Shown here one piece after another: positions 61,171 through 64,000 of a stretch of DNA of 64,000 nucleotides. Under the pieces are notes generated by a model. It was not told where the DNA came from. It did no database searches and worked only from the letters and a program-made list of their open reading frames with translations. Positions within the stretch are counted from its first letter, which is position 1, and each line of letters starts with the position of its first letter. Source of the DNA: a virus; IMG/VR virus record IMGVR_UViG_3300018018_000001, positions 1 through 64,000 of that record. One strand, given 5' to 3'. The position numbers were made by a program, and so were the translations under genes.

Positions 61171-61509
61171 GTGGAAGAGGGACTAAGATTAGATAACCTT
61201 ACAAGAATTCCTTTAGCAGTAACCTCACATTACCAAATCCCCGCCGCTGGAAGTCTAATATTGAGACAATCAGAATATTTAGCCATTACGGATGAGATAG
61301 TCAAACTGGCCGATTTTGGAAAGTTAAGTTATGTCTTTATTCCGATTGAACGGAAAGTCATGCCTCAGAAAGCGGCTATGAGACCAGAGGTATTAAAAAG
61401 TAAACCTTCTACAGAAATTCCTATTCCAACTGCTACTCCAATTTTGCCTGTAGAAAGTCATCCTGCATCCCCTTTGATTAAGAGGAAGAGGAAAGTTAAT
61501 GCTTCTTAA
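61171..61509 (+). CDS. Hypothetical protein (possible head decoration/completion)
   Basis: GGAGG RBS before GTG 61171; directly downstream of the MCP gene. Confidence 0.45.
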   Translation: MEEGLRLDNLTRIPLAVTSHYQIPAAGSLILRQSEYLAITDEIVKLADFGKLSYVFIPIERKVMPQKAAMRPEVLKSKPSTEIPIPTATPILPVESHPASPLIKRKRKVNAS

Positions 61510-62173
61510 GGAAATATTTCTTAAAGTTTTAGTAGAATCAGGACAATTTCTTTTTGGTGTCGAAAAAATTGAAATGAAGGCAGATCCTTTTCTACTTCTG
61601 GTTAAGGATAGCCTTTCCACATATGATGATTTTGAACCTAAGGATAACAGATTCAACATTACTGTTTCCAACACTTCATATACTTTTAATGAATCAGTTC
61701 CGGGAAACTATTGGGAAGTTCCCAAATTTATCATTGAAATAATTCCTTTGGTAATTAGTGGACTTCCTTGGTATTTCCAAAACTGGATGACATGGCAGGG
61801 TAAAGGTTTTGGGGATGAATTCAATCCTCTTTCTTCTATTTGGAAGTATAAACGTCCCATCCTGTATACTGAATATTCAGGCCAGTTTACTGTTTGGGCT
61901 GCTTATAACAGGGCTGTAATGTCAGTTCCAGATCCCGATGTTGCTCATGCCACTACTTGGGATTTTCCTGATATTACCAATCATGATAATCGCTTTTTCA
62001 AGCATCTTACAGGTAAGTTTATGCAAGCTCTTGGGTTAGAAAGAGATGCTTTTACTCTTACTGAAATGCCTCTTAGGACCAATGCTGATAAATTAATATC
62101 CAAAGGTGAGGCAATGGAAGAAGATGCCCTTAAGAAAATGCAAGCCCAGAAATGGTATTTGGCGCAAGGCTAA
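61499..62173 (+). CDS. Neck/head-tail adaptor protein (gp13-like)
   Basis: Position after the MCP gene and the C-terminal GKFMQALG..R..FTLTEMP...A.KLISKG pattern. Confidence 0.55.
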   Translation: MLLKEIFLKVLVESGQFLFGVEKIEMKADPFLLLVKDSLSTYDDFEPKDNRFNITVSNTSYTFNESVPGNYWEVPKFIIEIIPLVISGLPWYFQNWMTWQGKGFGDEFNPLSSIWKYKRPILYTEYSGQFTVWAAYNRAVMSVPDPDVAHATTWDFPDITNHDNRFFKHLTGKFMQALGLERDAFTLTEMPLRTNADKLISKGEAMEEDALKKMQAQKWYLAQG

Positions 62174-62886
62174 TAGAGGAGATAGTGGGATTTATTGATT
62201 TAACAAAAAAAAGATTTGGAAAATTGGTTGTAATTGCTAGATCAAAATATAGGTCTACACATTGGTTATGTAAATGTGATTGTGGTATAGAAAAGGAAAT
62301 TGATGGTGGTAGTTTAAGAAGAGGACAAAGTAAAAGTTGTAGATGTTCAATAACAGAGAATTTAACTGGGAAGAGATTTGATAAATGGCTTGTTATTAGT
62401 AAAAGTAATAAAAGAGTTTCCGATAGGTCTGTTTATTGGCTATGTAGATGTATTTGTGGAAAAGAAAGAGAAGTTAATAGTAATAGTTTAAGGAGTGGCC
62501 GGAGTAAAAGTTGTGGTTGTTCCCAGAAAATAGCTTCTTTAAAACGCTGGAAAGATTCAAAATTTATTTCTAATCAAATGAAAGCTAGAGGATGTAAACC
62601 AAATAAGACTGAATTAAAGTTTGAGCAATTCCTTAATAGTCTTTATCCAGGTGAATGGAAATATGTAGGGGATGGACAGTTAATCATAAATGGTAGGTGT
62701 CCTGATTTTGTTAATGTGAACGGGAAAAAACAGATTATAGAACTTTATGGTGATTACTGGCATAGAGGCCAACTTCCTGAAGATCGGGCTAAAATATTTG
62801 AGCCTTTTGGTTATCAAACTTTAGTAATTTGGGAAAAAGAACTTAAAAATATGGATAAAGTAGAAGAAAAAATTCTAAATTTTTAA
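62152..62886 (+). CDS. Vsr-like endonuclease, family B
   Basis: Two WLCKCDCG modules and PNKTELKFE...RCPDF...IELYGDYWH; paralog of 8256. Confidence 0.8.
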   Translation: MVFGARLIEEIVGFIDLTKKRFGKLVVIARSKYRSTHWLCKCDCGIEKEIDGGSLRRGQSKSCRCSITENLTGKRFDKWLVISKSNKRVSDRSVYWLCRCICGKEREVNSNSLRSGRSKSCGCSQKIASLKRWKDSKFISNQMKARGCKPNKTELKFEQFLNSLYPGEWKYVGDGQLIINGRCPDFVNVNGKKQIIELYGDYWHRGQLPEDRAKIFEPFGYQTLVIWEKELKNMDKVEEKILNF

Positions 62887-62896
62887 GGAAGAGTTA

Positions 62897-63223
62897 ATGA
62901 ATAAATCCCAAGAAATTATTAAACTAATGGAAGAAGGTAATATTAAAACTTTTATAATGGTCATAGATGCCAAAGATCATGATGATGCTATTCTCAAAAT
63001 TCTTAAGAATGTGGACTCAATAGAAGGTGCAGATATTCTGGCTAAGAAGCATGACTACTTAGCATTTACAGATTTTCATAAAAGACCTGTTGCCGAATTG
63101 TTAGATGTAGTCAAATTGCTCTTGGAGAAAGATCCAAGATTCAAAAATGAAAAGGATTCCCCCGTAGGCATGTTTAAAGTTGAACCTAATAAGTTTATAG
63201 TATTTGGACGGGGTGAAGAATAA
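62897..63223 (+). CDS. Leader-bearing hypothetical protein
   Basis: MNKSQEIIKLMEE. Confidence 0.72.
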   Translation: MNKSQEIIKLMEEGNIKTFIMVIDAKDHDDAILKILKNVDSIEGADILAKKHDYLAFTDFHKRPVAELLDVVKLLLEKDPRFKNEKDSPVGMFKVEPNKFIVFGRGEE

Positions 63224-63224
63224 G

Positions 63225-64000
63225 GTGAAGAATGCTATTAATTTAATTGGTAAAAAATTCGGAAGATGGACTGTTATTTCCCGTGTTGAAAATAAAAATA
63301 ATAAACCATGTTGGTTATGTAGATGTGATTGTGGAAAAGAGAAGAAAGTTAAAGGAATTGTTTTAAAAAAGGGGGAAAGTAAAAGTTGCGGGTGTCTCCA
63401 AATAAGAATAAAAAATTTAATTGGTAAAAGGTTTGGAAGATGGATTGTTGTTGGTAGTAGTAGTAAAAGAGACTCTTGTAGGGATGCTTATTGGTTATGT
63501 AAATGTATTTGTGGTAAAGAAAAAGAAATTAGTGGGCGTAGTTTAAAAAAAGGAAATAGTAAAGGTTGCCATAGTTGTAAACAAATAGAGGAATGGAAAA
63601 ATCCAGGATATAGAGAAAAACATGAAAAAATGATGCTACAAAAATGGCAAAATACAGAGTATATTGAGAAACAAATAAAGTCTAGGGAAATTAAACCTAA
63701 TAAATTAGAACTGAAATTTGAACAATTCCTTAATAATCTCTATCCAGGGGAGTGGAAGTATGTAGGAAACTTTGAGTTTTGGTTGGGTGGTAAGAATCCT
63801 GATTTCATGAATGTTAATGGAAATAAACAACTTATTGAACTTTATGGTGACTATTGGCATAAAGGGGAAAATCCTCAGGAGAGAATAGATCATTTTAAGA
63901 AATACGGATTTGATACTTTAGTAATTTGGGAAAAAGAATTAAAAGATATGAATAAAGTAGAAGAAAAAATAATTGATTTTTCGGGGAGGAATAAGTATGC
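63225..64000 (+). CDS. Vsr-like endonuclease, family B (open to the window end; missed by the ORF track)
   Basis: GTG at 63225; I translated NLIGKKFGRWTV..WLCRCDCG twice, then KPNKLELKFE...KNPDF...IELYGDYWH, with no stop before 64000. Confidence 0.8.
   Translation, partial: MKNAINLIGKKFGRWTVISRVENKNNKPCWLCRCDCGKEKKVKGIVLKKGESKSCGCLQIRIKNLIGKRFGRWIVVGSSSKRDSCRDAYWLCKCICGKEKEISGRSLKKGNSKGCHSCKQIEEWKNPGYREKHEKMMLQKWQNTEYIEKQIKSREIKPNKLELKFEQFLNNLYPGEWKYVGNFEFWLGGKNPDFMNVNGNKQLIELYGDYWHKGENPQERIDHFKKYGFDTLVIWEKELKDMNKVEEKIIDFSGRNKY

Noticed and set aside
375-63893. Numerous minus-strand ORFs of 60-164 aa in the ORF track
   Set aside because: All overlap better-supported + strand genes, have low-complexity F/L/S/I-rich translations typical of antisense to A-rich coding DNA, and show no motifs or RBS.
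1-64000. tRNA or rRNA genes
   Set aside because: I saw no cloverleaf or T-loop GTTCGAAT-type pattern in the few intergenic gaps; tRNAscan-SE would be needed to exclude them fully.
1-64000. Stop-codon reassignment
   Set aside because: Long core genes are intact in code 11, and TAA, TAG and TGA all end genes right at the next gene's RBS or start.

Overview
This is a 64-kb fragment of a large AT-rich tailed bacteriophage genome with a T4-like head module. Essentially all credible genes are on the + strand, and the minus-strand ORFs appear to be shadows. The host is bacterial, judging from a sigma factor, a peptidoglycan amidase, a lipoprotein and GGAGG ribosome-binding sites. Layout: (1) 1-6.4 kb, small accessory genes including a dCMP deaminase. 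(2) 6.6-30 kb, dozens of small ORFs interleaved with homing endonucleases, a KamA-like radical SAM aminomutase, an amidase, LamG/fibre adhesin genes, a second radical SAM protein and a FliA-type sigma factor. (3) 31-39.6 kb, tail-fibre and structural genes. (4) 43-62 kb, large terminase, portal, an ATP-grasp enzyme, a prohead protease-scaffold fusion, the major capsid protein and a neck protein. About 18 free-standing endonuclease genes (HNH, Vsr-like, GIY-YIG, EndoVII) are scattered throughout. The main unexplained signal is that about 39 otherwise unrelated proteins, including the sigma factor and a ferritin-like protein, start with the same 11-16 aa amphipathic leader, M-x-K/R-A/S-K-x-L/I-L/I-x-x-(L/F/V/I)-x-E. 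I infer a capsid-targeting, prohead-protease-cleaved signal that loads an unusually large protein cargo into the virion. All family assignments come from motif recognition by eye; no database searches were run.
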